DNA from: Lama glama
Lineage: Eukaryota
DNA length: 64,000 nt
Direction: 5' to 3'
Assembly (NCBI GenBank): GCA_028534125.1
Contig: CM052817.1
Coordinates: forward strand, 32,366,001 to 32,430,000
Below the pieces are notes generated by a model. That model saw only the letters and a program-made list of their open reading frames with translations. It was not told where the DNA came from and did not search any database. The position numbers and the translations under genes are program-made. How positions within the stretch are numbered: the first letter of the stretch is position 1; each line of letters opens with the position of its first letter. Of this stretch, positions 1 to 11,959 are shown piece after piece.

Positions 1-129
1 CCTTTTGCCCCATAGTTTCTTCTGCAAAACTCCCCGTTTTGGCAGCCCCTTCCTTCTGGGCGAGCGAGTCTGACAATTCCCTTTGTACGTGGTAGGAGTA
101 TGCGTTTCACTGACACAGTGCTCTGTGAT

Positions 130-260
130 TCACTAAGTACTTCCACATATATTAGCTCACTTGATCTTTCACTACCATCCTGAAATAGGGCAAACATTAT
201 GTAGGTGAAAATGAGGAATCTGGAGAGGAGAAACGATTGCAAACGGTCCCACTGCTCTGG
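130..260 (-). mobile_element. MIR SINE fragment
   Basis: ctaagtacttccacatatattagctcacttgatctttcac...aggtgaaaatgagg resembles the reverse MIR core. Confidence 0.55.
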
Positions 261-369
261 AAGGAGAACACAGATTTTCTTTCTCAATGTTCAATCAGCA
301 TTTATCTCATTTTATACCATAAAGCTCAGTGATGTGTTAGTAGCCCAAAGTTAGGGTAAGAAATACTGA

Positions 370-575
370 AAATCTGACTTCTGTACCTCTGGCTCTTGCT
401 AGCAGTGTTACTCTAGGGTGGCCCCCTTAACTCTTCTGAGCCTCAAGTTTCTCATCTGTAAAATGGCCAACAATCAATGCTCACCTTAGAGGGTTGCTTG
501 AAGGATAAGTTGATGTGCTGAGTGAGTGAAAGTGTGTTATAAATTCTAATGCACCAGGCGAATGCAGAGTATTGT
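370..575 (+). mobile_element. MIR SINE
   Basis: MIR core ttaactcttctgagcctcaagtttctcatctgtaaaatgg. Confidence 0.8.
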
Positions 576-737
576 TTCTTGTTTGCGATCCTATCTGAGA
601 CCCTGTGGAGACCAAGGAGGCGTACTCTCCTTGCTCCCATGGCTTCTGGCTTATGAGGGGCAAAGTATCGAAAAGTCCAAGAACGGGAGAGAGAAGGGAA
701 TCAGAGCTCTTCCTGCCTGATTCTTGCTCACCCACAG

Positions 738-1050
738 GTCCGCCAGGAGCCGGTCTCCTAGCCCTGCCCCTCGCAGCCGCAGCCAGAGCCGCGGCCGCAG
801 CCAGATCCACAGCCGCAGCCACAGCCGCAGCCGCAGCCGCAGTCGGTCCGCCAGCCCCTCCACCGCAGTCGCGAAGGTCAGGAGCCCGTCCCCAAATCGC
901 GCCAAACTGTCCAACGTGGCGCGCAAGGCTGCCCTGCTGTCCCGCTTCAGCGATGCCTATTCCCAGGCCCGCCTGGATGCGCAGTGCCTGCTGCGGCGCT
1001 GCATCGACAAAGCCGAGACGGTGCAGCGGATCATCTACATCGCCACCGTG
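738..1050 (+). CDS. SPATA18: SPATA18/Mieap internal coding exon (Arg/Ser-rich region plus start of the conserved C-terminal domain); gene is 5'-partial in this window
   Basis: Acceptor cccacag|G at 737/738 and donor GTG|gtacgt at 1050/1051. Translates [15 protein letters not shown]...[67 protein letters not shown], matching the Mieap sequence as I recall it. Confidence 0.96.
772..849 (+). repeat. Coding (AGCCGC)n-derived repeat encoding an RS/HS/QS dipeptide tract
   Basis: CGC AGC CGC AGC CAG AGC CGC GGC CGC AGC CAG ATC CAC AGC CGC AGC CAC AGC CGC AGC CGC AGC CGC AGT CGG TCC. Confidence 0.9.
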
Positions 1051-1722
1051 GTACGTGCGCCGCACCTCGGCGGTCCCCGGCGCGGCGGGGAGGCGGCACT
1101 TTGGGAAACTGAACGGGACAGTTTAACAAAACTGGGAGAGCCTGAGGTCGCTGAAGGAGGGTGGGTTTTCCATCTGTCCCCTCCCTCCCTCCCTCCCTTC
1201 CTCCTTTCCTTTCGTTACAAATATTTGGGATGAATCATTTTTCACACTCAGTAGCTATTCATATATCTTAATAATTCTATTGACCAGGTATTTGTTGAAG
1301 TATCCATAAATGTAGGACTATCTCAAATGGCTGTATACTAAGTTGATTTGCACTGAGTCTTCTAATATGGGCATATGCGCACACGGTAGATGTATTGTTG
1401 CTAAGGGCTATCATTTGATTGGTTACTTTCCATTCTTAGAAAAATCAAAAGGCTATGATTATGTTAACTCTTCTGTTTACTTAACTAAGAGTAGTCACTA
1501 AAACTGTTAACATATCAGCTGCTTGAGTCTGGCAGATTAAAAAATGCCTGTATGTAATCTTCAGTTCCTAAAGCAAATGCATTTGTTCTATGGGTACCAT
1601 ATTTGAGATACTGGGAGTATGTAATGAGAACTGTTAAATGCTAAAAAAACAAGACAAAACATTGGTGTGAGAGCAGAATTATCAGAATCTACTGGACTTT
1701 ATCTTATATTTATTCATTTATA

Positions 1723-1984
1723 TCAGGAGTCAGCAAACTACGATCCCTGGGCCATGTCTGGCCCGGCCTGTGATACTGAGAGAAATACCACCTAAGAGCT
1801 AAAATATAACAATGACTTTGCACTTTAAAGAGTGATTTTTTAAAAACCCTGAATCTTCTAATATGGACATATGTGCACATAGTAGACATATTTTAAAAAA
1901 GTGACAGAGACAGTTACGTGGCCTGCAAAGGGTAAAATATTTACTATCTGGCTTTTTACAGAAAAAAGTTTGCCAACCTTTGGT
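1723..1984 (+). mobile_element. MER58-like hAT-Charlie DNA transposon (MER58C-like)
   Basis: Terminal inverted repeats caggagtcagcaaact ... aagtttgccaacctttg, plus the internal gacagagac...aaaatatttactatctggc motif. Confidence 0.85.
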
Positions 1985-2568
1985 TTATATAATTTTAAGA
2001 ATCACTTTTACTGAGTTGGTTACAGTTCTGTAATTATAGAGGCCATATCTTTCATGCATAACTGAGTTTTCCCCATGCTTACTATTAATAAAGGCACTTA
2101 ATAAATATTTGCTGAATTGATAAACGCTGGGAACATGCTGGACCCTTGATATGCATCTATGTATGACAAGAGCACTAGATTGATCGTTTTCTCTTATTTC
2201 TTGACCAGTAAATATCATAGTATTGCTGTGGGGTCAAGGCATCAATCAAACTGCCTCAAGTAGTTACATAACCACGTGATTTATTTCCTTAAATGCATGC
2301 ACCGTCCTGCTTCTTGCAATCAGAATTACCAGAGCAATGGTCAACTGTCTTGAAATTAGTGAACGTGGGTAGTCATTTATGTATTTATGTACTTTCCAAA
2401 ATTTAGATTTTTCTCCCAGATTAGAAACAGTTTTGACCCCTGGGTTTAGTTATCAGAAGACCAATATGATGTTAAGTTTTTGATGGGCATTTTTTCTTCA
2501 TTCCTTGCTGTGGACTTCTCTACCTGCCCTCTTCCCACCAAGTAAATTTGCTGTATTTTTATGTGCAG

Positions 2569-2727
2569 GAGGCATTTCATGTAGCTAAAATGGCATTCAG
2601 ACATTTCAAGATCCGGGTGAGGAAATCGTTAACACCGTCTTATGCGGGGTCGAATGACTTTGAGGATGCCGTCTTGGATTATATCATTTGTCATCTTGAT
2701 CTGTATGATTCCCAAAGCAGTGTTAAT
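2569..2727 (+). CDS. SPATA18: SPATA18 coding exon (159 nt, phase 0-0)
   Basis: tgtgcag|GAG acceptor and AAT|gtaagt donor. Encodes [53 protein letters not shown] in frame with the previous exon. Confidence 0.96.
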
Positions 2728-2979
2728 GTAAGTTAGGTCTTTTATTGGAACTGGTTTATTACTACTGCTACTGTCTGCACCGGATACAAATAACTCCCAA
2801 CTCCATCCAGTGCTTAGTATTGCTCCTCCATAATGGAAGAGCAGAAAAGAGCAGCAGCCAATGTTCTTTGTAGAAACAGTCATTCTTGGCTGTTTCTTTC
2901 TTAGGCATTTTATGGGGAAAAATATTTTGAGCTTCAGAGTTCTATTCTTTAGTCAGGCCCTTAAGATTGGAAGATAGAA

Positions 2980-3248
2980 TGCCATAGTGCTTAAGAGCAA
3001 TGATTTCGGGAAAGATGAGTGTGGATTTGCATCCAAGCTCTGCCACTTACTAGCTGTGTGACCTTGCCCATTTACTTAACCTCTCTGTGCTTTAGTTTTC
3101 TAATCTTTAAATGGGAGCAACAATGGTCATGACCCCAGAAAGTTCTTGAGAGGATTAAATGAAAGGAGAAGCAGATAATTTGTTCAGCACAAGAGTTGGC
3201 ATGAAGTAAACTCGAAATAAAAGCAAGCTATTATAATCATTATTATTA
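2980..3248 (+). mobile_element. Near full-length MIR SINE
   Basis: gctctgccacttactagctgtgtgaccttg...ttaacctctctgtgc...gaggattaaatga, with a (TTA)-like tail. Confidence 0.9.
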
Positions 3249-3585
3249 TAGATTACAAACAAGTCAGAGTTTTGTGTTGGCAATCATATAACTTGCCCAA
3301 AATAGAAAAATAAGGAAATAATAAATAAAAGTCACTAAGACTTTTTTCTTAATTTTTTTTTTGGAGACTCTCTTGGCTTTTACTATATCATTTATACTCA
3401 GTCATCTTTCCTCCTTCCATTGATGAGTCTCCCTCCTTTTAGCACACACACTCCTTTTCTAGTTTAACTTATTTTCACTCACAAACTCTTTTCTCACCTC
3501 CCATCAGTCATATAATGCCCTTAGGAATGTCAGTGTGCCTTGTCACAGGCTGGTAACAAGGTGATGCCATCTTTTTGTTTTTCAG

Positions 3586-3761
3586 GATGTGATCCGAGCC
3601 ATGAATGTCAATCCCAAGATTTCCTTCCCTCCTGAAGTTGACTTTTGCCTTCTCAGTAACTTCATCCAGGAGATATGTTGCATTGCCTTTGCAATGCAGA
3701 CTTTAGAGCCACCCCTAGATATTGCCTTTGGGGCTGATGGAGAAATTTTTAATGATTGCAA
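3586..3761 (+). CDS. SPATA18: SPATA18 coding exon (176 nt)
   Basis: ttttcag|GAT acceptor and AA|gtaaga donor. Encodes [58 protein letters not shown](K). Confidence 0.96.
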
Positions 3762-4087
3762 GTAAGAGACATAGGAGCAGAAGCTAAGGGATTCTTTATA
3801 AATACTCCTGTCTTTATTCCCTGGGAGCAATTTAGGGAAAAGAACTCTGGGTGGGGAAATCAACAGACATTACCTGCTATCCAGTCCCTGCCATATACTT
3901 CTCTGTTACAGAGCAGGGTCCTTTCCTAGGGTCATTTTCCTTCTTAGTCAAATGCGATTCAGAGGTGATGTTATGATTTCCATTAAACATATTAGTCTTA
4001 GTGGGAACTAATGAGGACCTGGAGTCTGTTTGGAATACTTCAAAAGAAGGTGCTATATAAATACAAATGTGTATTTTATTATTTAAA

Positions 4088-4612
4088 AGATTTTAGAGGT
4101 ATAATTGACATATAACATTATATTAACTTCAGGTGTACAGCATAATGATTCTATATTTGTATATATTGCAAAATGATCACCACAAAAATCTAGTTAACAT
4201 ATGTCACCATGAATAGTTAACAAAATATTTTTTTCTTGCTGAGAACTTTTAAGATCTATTCTCTTAGCAATTTTCAAATATGCAATGTAATTAATTATAG
4301 TCACCATGCTGTGCCTTTCATCCCCATGACTTACATATTTTCTAACTGGAAGTTTGTACCTTTTGGCCTCCTTAACCCGTTTTACCCACCCCTACCTCTG
4401 GTAACTGCCAATCTGTTCTCTGAATCTATGAGCTTGGTTTTGTTTGTTTGTTTGTTTGTTTTAAATTCCACATATGAATGCGATAATATGGTATTTGTCT
4501 TTCTACTTCTGAATTATTTCATAATGCCTTCAAAGTCTATCCATGTTGTCCCAAGTGGCAAGATGTCATTCTTTTTATGGCTAAAGAGTATTCCTGTGTG
4601 TGTGTGTATATA
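4088..4612 (-). mobile_element. L1 (L1MA-like) 3' end
   Basis: gaggtataattgacatataac...gagaacttttaagatctattctcttagcaattttcaa...tccatgttgtcccaagtggcaagat reads as a reverse L1 3' UTR. Confidence 0.85.
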
Positions 4613-4819
4613 GTGTATATATATATATCTGGGCTTCTGGCAGGCCTCCTGTTTACATGCCTTTTATCAGAGGGAACATGCCACCCCTGGGGCACTGTGG
4701 CCTGTCCTCCTGGATGGCTGTGAGCTCAAACTGGTATTCCGAATAATGTTTGCATTTATTTGTTTCTACTTGAGAATTTTACAGATCACGTCTAATCCTC
4801 TTTTTTTTTTTTTTTAAAG

Positions 4820-5700
4820 CAGCCTTTCACACATTTGAAAACAGTGACTCAAATCCTCCTCCTTCTGGCTCCATATTAAGGGGGGTTTGAGACTTCTTAA
4901 CAAATTGATTGGTTTCCTTGGCCTGTGCTCTGTGTTTGTCTGGATACTCCTTTAAAAAAAAAAGTGTCTACGCTGAACGTTAATCCCCTAGTTTGAACTA
5001 ACCAGCCCAGAGGGACCAACACCCTTTCTATTTTTATTCTCTATTAATTCAGCTAATTTGTAGTAGCTTTTCTTTTTTTCTAGCCAGGTAAAACTGTTGA
5101 CTGATTTTGAGCTCACCTAAAAGTTGTTCTTTCTACTTGTGCTGTGATTAAACCAATGATCACCTCTATCTGTGCAGTTAAATGCTTTTTAGACTCAATT
5201 GCAGGACCTCATGTGTGTCCACCTTACAGTATATCTTATTAGATTTAGCTTGTTATAGTTCCAGCCTCTTGAGCTATGTTTTGATACTGTATTCTGGTTT
5301 TTTTTCCTACCCATTTCCTACCTTTGAGCATTTTTTCTGTATTTTGTGGAAGTCACTGATGAACGTGTTGAGTTACCCCAGGAATGAGAGAGAGCCTTCT
5401 GCACCTTCATTCTCATCCACTCATTAACTGCCCACTTTGGATATGATCATTGAACCATTTCTAATCCACCCACTTAAATTAATCACCCACCCCCATTCCT
5501 CTTATTTTTTCCACAAAGATAGCACAAGAAATCTTGAAGGTCTCCAATGAGACTTCAGATGGTCTCTGTCTCTAGCATTTCCCTGAATTACAACTCTTGT
5601 AATCCTGAGAAGAGAGGGGACAAGGTTAGTCTCACATGACTTGTTAGGAAGTCCATGTCGGGTCCTCGTTATCACCTATTACAGGTGCCCACAACCATCT
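4820..5700 (-). mobile_element. Ancient CR1/L3-like LINE remnant
   Basis: Degenerate segments (tgcaggacctcatgtgtgtccacc, aagtcactgatgaacgtgttga, gttagtctcacatgacttgtt) resemble reverse L3. Confidence 0.45.
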
Positions 5701-5844
5701 CCCTAATAACAGAGTCAGGATGCGTATTGATCTAGATCTGAGCATAATACAAGATGAACATTTACATGGATGTCCCCTCTTCTGCCAGGTAGGTCACACA
5801 ACTGCTTAACTTCTCTTTCTTGCTCTTCTGTGTGTTTAACATAG

Positions 5845-5968
5845 GTACCGCCGCAGCTACGACTCTGATTTCACGGCTCCCTTGGTCTTCTACCACGTGT
5901 GGCCTGCTCTCATGGAGAATGACTGTGTCATTATGAAGGGAGAAGCTGTCACCAGGAGAGGGGCTTTT
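5845..5968 (+). CDS. SPATA18: SPATA18 coding exon (124 nt)
   Basis: aacatag|G acceptor completes the AAG codon; TTT|gtacgg donor. Encodes [41 protein letters not shown]. Confidence 0.96.
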
Positions 5969-7349
5969 GTACGGTGGCCTTGCATAGTGACTATTCATCC
6001 CAAGTGTTTGATTCACAAGTTCGAGAACATTTATAAACCCTGAGATTCCATAAAAGAAGCTCATAGAGAGCTGTTTGATAAGATTTCATACAAAGGAGAG
6101 GAAAGGGACTGGCTGGGAAGGAATAGATTCTTTTCTTCCATTCTCCATGAGTCTTCCTAATTTCCTGGCAGTCATTTCTTTGTTGCTTCATTTATAAGAT
6201 AGAGCTAGTCATATTTGCCTCCTTCATCTTGGAAATATTATGCTATTATAAGGGCAAAGCCCTTTGAGCTCACCTTATTGGAGGCCTTCTATAAGTCTAA
6301 GCATTTAAAAGTAAGCAATTAACTTTCAGGAAAGAGCCAAATTTTTACTGATGGTTCTCCATTTTGGGATATGATGAATGTGCCCTGTTTTTCTCTCCTT
6401 AGTATGAAGTGTAGGGAGGGGAGGGATGGAGAAAAAGAGGGCAGAGAAGGTAGGGAGAGAGGAGTCAGTCAGTTTTTGAAGGTTACTTCCTCTATATATT
6501 GGCTGTAGAATGTTTTGAATATGCCAAATAATTGGACAGCCTTCTGAGTGGAGCCTTAGGTATGCAAGTGTGTGTGTGTGTCTGTGTGTGTTGAGCTGGG
6601 GATTGGGTGTTGGAACTAGTGGTTGTGGGTGCTGGATATTCTGTACGGTTCCCATTATGGTGTTTTACCCCACCCTTTCTAGAAAGAGTTTAGTGAATCC
6701 TGGAGAAACCCTCTGGGATCAGAGCAAAGCCACTGTCCGGGTGGTCTCAGTTCCTGCTCTCTGAACTGGAGAATAGGGGAAGTGCTTCATGGGAGATTTT
6801 CACACGTAGAGTGAAGAAACAGAGTCATTAGTGTATTTTAAAAGAACTTAAGAAAAGGGTTTTTGTAGCTTAAACATCCCACTGTAGCAAATAGTATCTC
6901 AATAAATTATTCTGTGCTGTGAAATTTAAGCCCATAGAAACTGGGTTGTGTTGATCTGACAATCACTCTGCAATGAATGGGCTCATAAAATGTTCTTCTC
7001 ACCTCTACAACAATCACTATCTATTAAGAAACTTTTATTGTAGACTGTCTGCAGTGCACTTTGGAAGGAGGGGGAGAGGACATAGCCACTATTCGTCCGT
7101 TCTACATCAAATAGCAATTTCCTTTTAACTTCCTTCTTCTCTCCCCTCAAGTATATCACCAACATTTACCCAAGCTTAAACGCCTAAAACAGAATGAAAA
7201 TACCCTAAAAGCAAGACCTGGGAAGAAGAAAGGGTTGGAGGAAGGGAACTGATAAGCGGACCTTGATTAGTAAAATCTCATTTGAGGAAATAGAGTTTTC
7301 TCTTTGTTTATTAGTTTAGTTAGAGAGTAGATGGGTGACAGTCATGGTT

Positions 7350-7495
7350 CACTCCCTCACTCATTCATTCATTTCATTCAACGATACATATTTATTCAAT
7401 AGTTACTTATGACCCAGGCACTGTGATTAGGTGCTGGGGATTCAGCAGTGAACAAAACAGACACAAATTCCTCCCCACGTGGGGCTTACAGTCTC
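7350..7495 (-). mobile_element. L2 LINE 3' end
   Basis: (CATT)n tail, then ccaggcactgtg...gtgctggggattcagcagtgaacaaaacagac. Confidence 0.85.
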
Positions 7496-7786
7496 CAACA
7501 CTTGCAAACTTAAATGCAATTTCTAATCGCTTACTCATCGAAATAGAGTTCCACTAGCAGAAAGAATATGAATAGCCCAAAGTTCACTGGAATGGGTTTT
7601 ATTTGAGAAACACCATAGAGTTATTGCCAAATATTGGGCAGGTAAATGAGTGTGCCACATGCTGATGTTCAGTAACAGCCAGGTGTAATTATGCCTGAGT
7701 ACCTCTCGTTCATTCTATGGGATTTGAGTATTGTTTTAAACCACCTGAGCTTTCACAAACTATTTTTCTTTTTCTCTTTTCTTTAG

Positions 7787-7870
7787 TGGAATTCAGTGCG
7801 ATCTGTAAGTCGATGTCGAAGCAGGAGTTTAAGTCCCATCTGCCCCCGTAGCCGTATTGGTTTAAGCACG
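7787..7870 (+). CDS. SPATA18: SPATA18 coding exon (84 nt, phase 0-0)
   Basis: Long polypyrimidine tract, ctttag|TGG acceptor and ACG|gtatgt donor. Encodes [28 protein letters not shown]. Confidence 0.94.
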
Positions 7871-10284
7871 GTATGTATCTGTCCAATCACTTGTACACAA
7901 AACCATCCTATGGTTGACATTTTTTTTCGTCAACAGTCGCCTGTAAAAGAGGCGAATATAAGTCTGTGAGTAGAAAGAGGACCTGCTGCAATAGCCCTGG
8001 ATTGATTTTTATACTATCTCAGGCTAAGGCATTTCTCATTCTAGAAAGAACGAAGCAGAGGTAGTTTTTTGCTTAATTAGTTGAAAGAATAGGAGACTTC
8101 AGTCATTTCACATCTGTTTGTATCTTTAAATGAAAATGAGCTAGATACCAGTTAGTATCCTGAACAGAGAATGGGACATCTTAGTTTGCTGATCTCTGCA
8201 CACATCAGTCCCTGGTTCCTGCAGAACTCATTGCATGAGTTTGGAGAAATTGCTCAAACTGTCTGGATTTCAATACTGTATAAAGGGCATTGCAGGTATT
8301 AATCTTCCTCTAAGCTTCAAACTAAGAAGAATAAGATCAGCCTCTTTGCCTGTTCGTTCTTAGCATTACTAATACATCTGTCAAAGAAAAAAATAGCGGC
8401 AAAAACATCTCTGAAAACTAGAAAGATAACATCCCCCCAAACTAATGTTATTGTGAGGCACCACCGTTCATCCACTCAGCGGGTAGTTAGTCAATGGCTT
8501 TTGAATGTAGGTCTGGACCAAGACAAGTGGATACTGGATAGCCTAACAGTGTGCTGTTTGTTCAAATAAAACTTCTTTAAATATTTGTTCAGCCTTGTTT
8601 TAGGGAGAGTGGTGGAGAAGGAGAATTAGATCTGGCAAGTCTCCACGTCTCTGAAATTATCCTTAGGAATGCAACTCTAACCCAAAACTTTCACCCCCTA
8701 CCTCAGCAAAACAAAAACAAAAATAAAACAAAAACAAAAACAAAATCACACCCCTCCTCTTACCGGAAGCTAACAAGACCCCACTTTCTTACTGAATTTA
8801 GTGAACATTTATCGTTACTCTGCCCACTTCATTATGTTTGATGATGTCCTTATCAAACTTTCATTCTGTATCTGATGGATGCTAGATTGGGGGAGGGGTG
8901 ACACAGAAATGACTAAAACCTGGTCTCTTCCTTGAATGGATTTCAGTATAGGAAGATCAGTATGATTTCAGCAAAGTAACTGAACGTGGTATATGATACA
9001 GTCCATAAAAAAGGCACAAAGGGCTAGAGTTGTCAGCGGAGGTAGAGATTCCTTCTGGATTTGGTTCATGGGGGAGTTGGAATCTGATCTGGCAGAATTG
9101 TGATGGCCTGGGAAATTGGGGAGGACTCTCCAGATGAAAGAAATGGCCTGAGAATGGAAAGTCATGTGTCCGACACAATTCTTTCACTATTGGAGATTTT
9201 AATATAACTTCATTATCCTTATTTTCGAATAAGTATTCACAGTAGGTACAAGCAAAAGGATAGTACATTTCATGGACTGATAAACAGGACATCTTAGGAG
9301 TCTTATACTGGGAGATTCACAGTTCTTATTCCAAGAGGGAGTGTTACATGAGAAGAACGCACAATATTAGACACCTGCGGTGCTCATGGCCACGGCAAAT
9401 TTCCACTCTAGACTCTCCCTGGAAGGCTTATCTTGGGGAGCATCCTTCTGTAATAAGCTCCAAGACATGTTTGAACCACCTCCTCTGCCTTCTCCACTTT
9501 GTGCCCAGGGAGAACAAATTTTAAACTTTTGATAAAAATAAAATAGATTCTCAAGGGTGAAAGTGCTCCTAAAATTCTGTCCCTTTCCACTATCATCTCC
9601 TTTTGACAAGACTGGTGCAAATATTTTTGGTTAGTCTAGTTTTTTGACTTGTTTGGAGTCTCACATCCAGGGCAGCTTCCATCTTTGTTAGCGTCTATTT
9701 ATCTAAAGTGTTTGAAAGCTCAGAGCAAGAATGATGCTTGTAACCAGTTATTTCTGAGTCGTAACAGGTTTGCAGGTACAGGGGGTGGCTTTTGCTCAGT
9801 GAGAGCAAAGGTGAGGTTTGAGTAATGGTTGTTTTCTGGCTGCCCAGTGACCCTTCTTAATAAGGCAGCATTTTGGACTGAGATAATTCTTATAAAGGAT
9901 GTGCCAGAAAGTATTTGATCACTTTAGCTTTAATTATTAATTATTGTAATAATAATTAATATTTTCTGGAAAGCATAGAATTCAGAATGGCCAGTGAACA
10001 TCCAATCTCAAAGTGTTTAGCAACACTGAAACAACAACAACAACAAACAACAAAAAACTCAGCCACTGAGCCCAGTTTTTAGTTCATAATATAAATTAAA
10101 TTGGGTACTCATTTACTTCAGAAAGTGTAAAAGGAATCACAGTGCTCAGCCTCGGGGAAAAAAGTCATAGTTCTACATTGCTTCAGAGCAACATTCTAAT
10201 TGGTTTTAGGAAAAACCATCAATAGGATTCATTCTTTGAGCCCCACCTACTGTGTGATTCACACTACACTTTTATATTTTCTAG

Positions 10285-10330
10285 ATATCTCGAAGCCGGA
10301 GTCCTTCTCCAATAAGATGTGGATTACCAA
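10285..10330 (+). CDS. SPATA18: SPATA18 penultimate coding exon (46 nt)
   Basis: ttttctag|ATA acceptor and CCA A|gtaagt donor. Encodes ISRSRSPSPIRCGLP. Confidence 0.93.
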
Positions 10331-10626
10331 GTAAGTGGGATGGTTTAGATGGGACAAGTTTTCTGCTTTTTAATGCTCTTCTTAGGACTCAGCAGCCTGC
10401 AGCAAAATGAATGTTTTGCTCCCTGGGGAACATCTCACACCTTTCATTTCTGGGTCTTCTTTTGGATAAGACCACAGCAGATCCCACGGGTGACACAGGA
10501 GGAGCCTCTCACTGAGAGATTTTATTGACGTGAAATTAGATTACCCAGCCACCTTTCATGTAGGTCTTCCCGAAAGAAATTCTAAGAAATCGACCATAAT
10601 CATGGACTGTTCATTTTTCTTCCCAG

Positions 10627-10634
10627 GGTTTTAA
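10627..10634 (+). CDS. SPATA18: SPATA18 last exon, coding part (completes Arg, then Phe and the TAA stop)
   Basis: tttttcttcccag|GG TTT TAA gives the C-terminus ...GLPRF*, as I recall for Mieap. The spliced length across all exons stays in frame. Confidence 0.9.
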
Positions 10635-11959
10635 AACCACCAGCCATGCTCCTCCGCCACAGAACACCTGCAGCCGCCAACTGCCCCAGTGCCCCACCGC
10701 CCGCTGTCTGCCTCAGACCTCACTTAAGATAATGTGAAAGGGCAATGCTGTGTATCACTTTGCACAGACAGTTAAATGTTTTGGCTTAGCACATCTGTAA
10801 TTTCAGATATACTGCATTTTATTTTATAGATACAGATTCCATTAATTTGATAAAAAACGATTGCATAGGTGTTTAGGATCATATTCATTCGAAGCAAAGC
10901 CCATCCCACGGGCTCAGGAGTCAGCCTAACTACGAGGCTCTTTGATGGCAGCCGCACGAACTAAAGTGGAAAGTCTTTACCGTGCTGAGTCCAGAAGACC
11001 CAAGGAGTCATTTCAGCTTACAAACTGATCATAAATATTATGATTCCTGGTACTAGCTTTAACTTGAAAACAATCTTGGATGTTTAAACTTTCTTTTAGG
11101 GTTCAGAAGACAGCCCCAGTCTCAGGTTGGGGAACTCACAGCGACTTCAGGCTAAATGTAGGTGATGATGCTTTGAGACTATTGGCTGGCTTCTGTTTTC
11201 CTACTTTGAAGTGCCCAGTTGGTTTAGTTGAGCACTGTTGGTTGAGGCTACTTCCTTGAGAGAATTCTCTTGCTTCTTAAATGCAGAGCAGTGATTTGGA
11301 TAGAAGCCGGCTTTGACATAATGTTAATTACCTTGTGCTTGTCTCCTGGGAATGTTTCAGACAGTTTTTTAATGTACGTGTTAAATATAAAAGCTACCTG
11401 GGCCACATCCTTTACCTGTTCCACCTAGCTGTTTACAAACTCAGACCTCCTCCTAAGAACTCTGTCTGACTGAAAACAAAAATGCTTAAACTCGAGGTTA
11501 AAAGCTAGGGTCACCATTCATGGATTTTAAATTGAGTGTCTAACCTTGATTTCTTCACTGTGAAGTACTGTTGAAAACGTTCAAGTTCAAGATTATAATG
11601 GAATGTTGCTTTCTCAGGATAAATAATGCTCTTTCTACTTTTTTTCCCCCACTTTAATACTGGCTTTAAACCCCAGCTTCACAAGTGACAGCTTTTGCTG
11701 TGTGCCTTTTACAGCTCAGTTTGTGTAAGCTCAGTGTGAGAACCAGCACCTGGGACTTGGTAGGAGAAAACAAACAGCAAAACAAACAACCAACCCGTCC
11801 ACCCCCCAAAAAACCCCTTCTCTGAAGCATCTTGTCTCTCGTGCTGGGACATAGACACCAGGGAGAGACCTCCCCAGTCTCTGCCCCAGGTCTAATGGTC
11901 ACCAACTCATTCCAAATTGTTCTCCCTCTGCGCCTATGTAGTCATCACTTTGAGGCAGG

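Larger units (their letters stand above)
738..1100. promoter_or_regulatory. Intragenic CpG-rich island over the exon and the start of the intron
   Basis: Visibly high GC and dense CpG (cgcagccgc, ggcgcgc, ccccggcgcggcgggg) against CpG-depleted flanks. Confidence 0.65.

Noticed and set aside
481..1126. Overlapping poly-Ala and RL-repeat ORFs (605-1126 +, 481-1065 -, 651-926 -)
   Set aside because: These are alternative-frame readouts of the GC-rich AGCCGC repeat in the SPATA18 exon. The stop-poor composition explains their length.
724..1233. Single-exon 169-aa ORF as a standalone gene
   Set aside because: It has a non-ATG start and reads through splice sites. Only 738-1050 is coding.
9462..9471. 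p53 response element (AGACATGTTT)
   Set aside because: It is only a single half-site with no good adjacent second half-site, and is common by chance.
10331..10410. Intron-retention isoform with an alternative C-terminus
   Set aside because: It gives only about 26 unremarkable codons before TGA, the GTAAGT donor is strong, and no transcript evidence is available.
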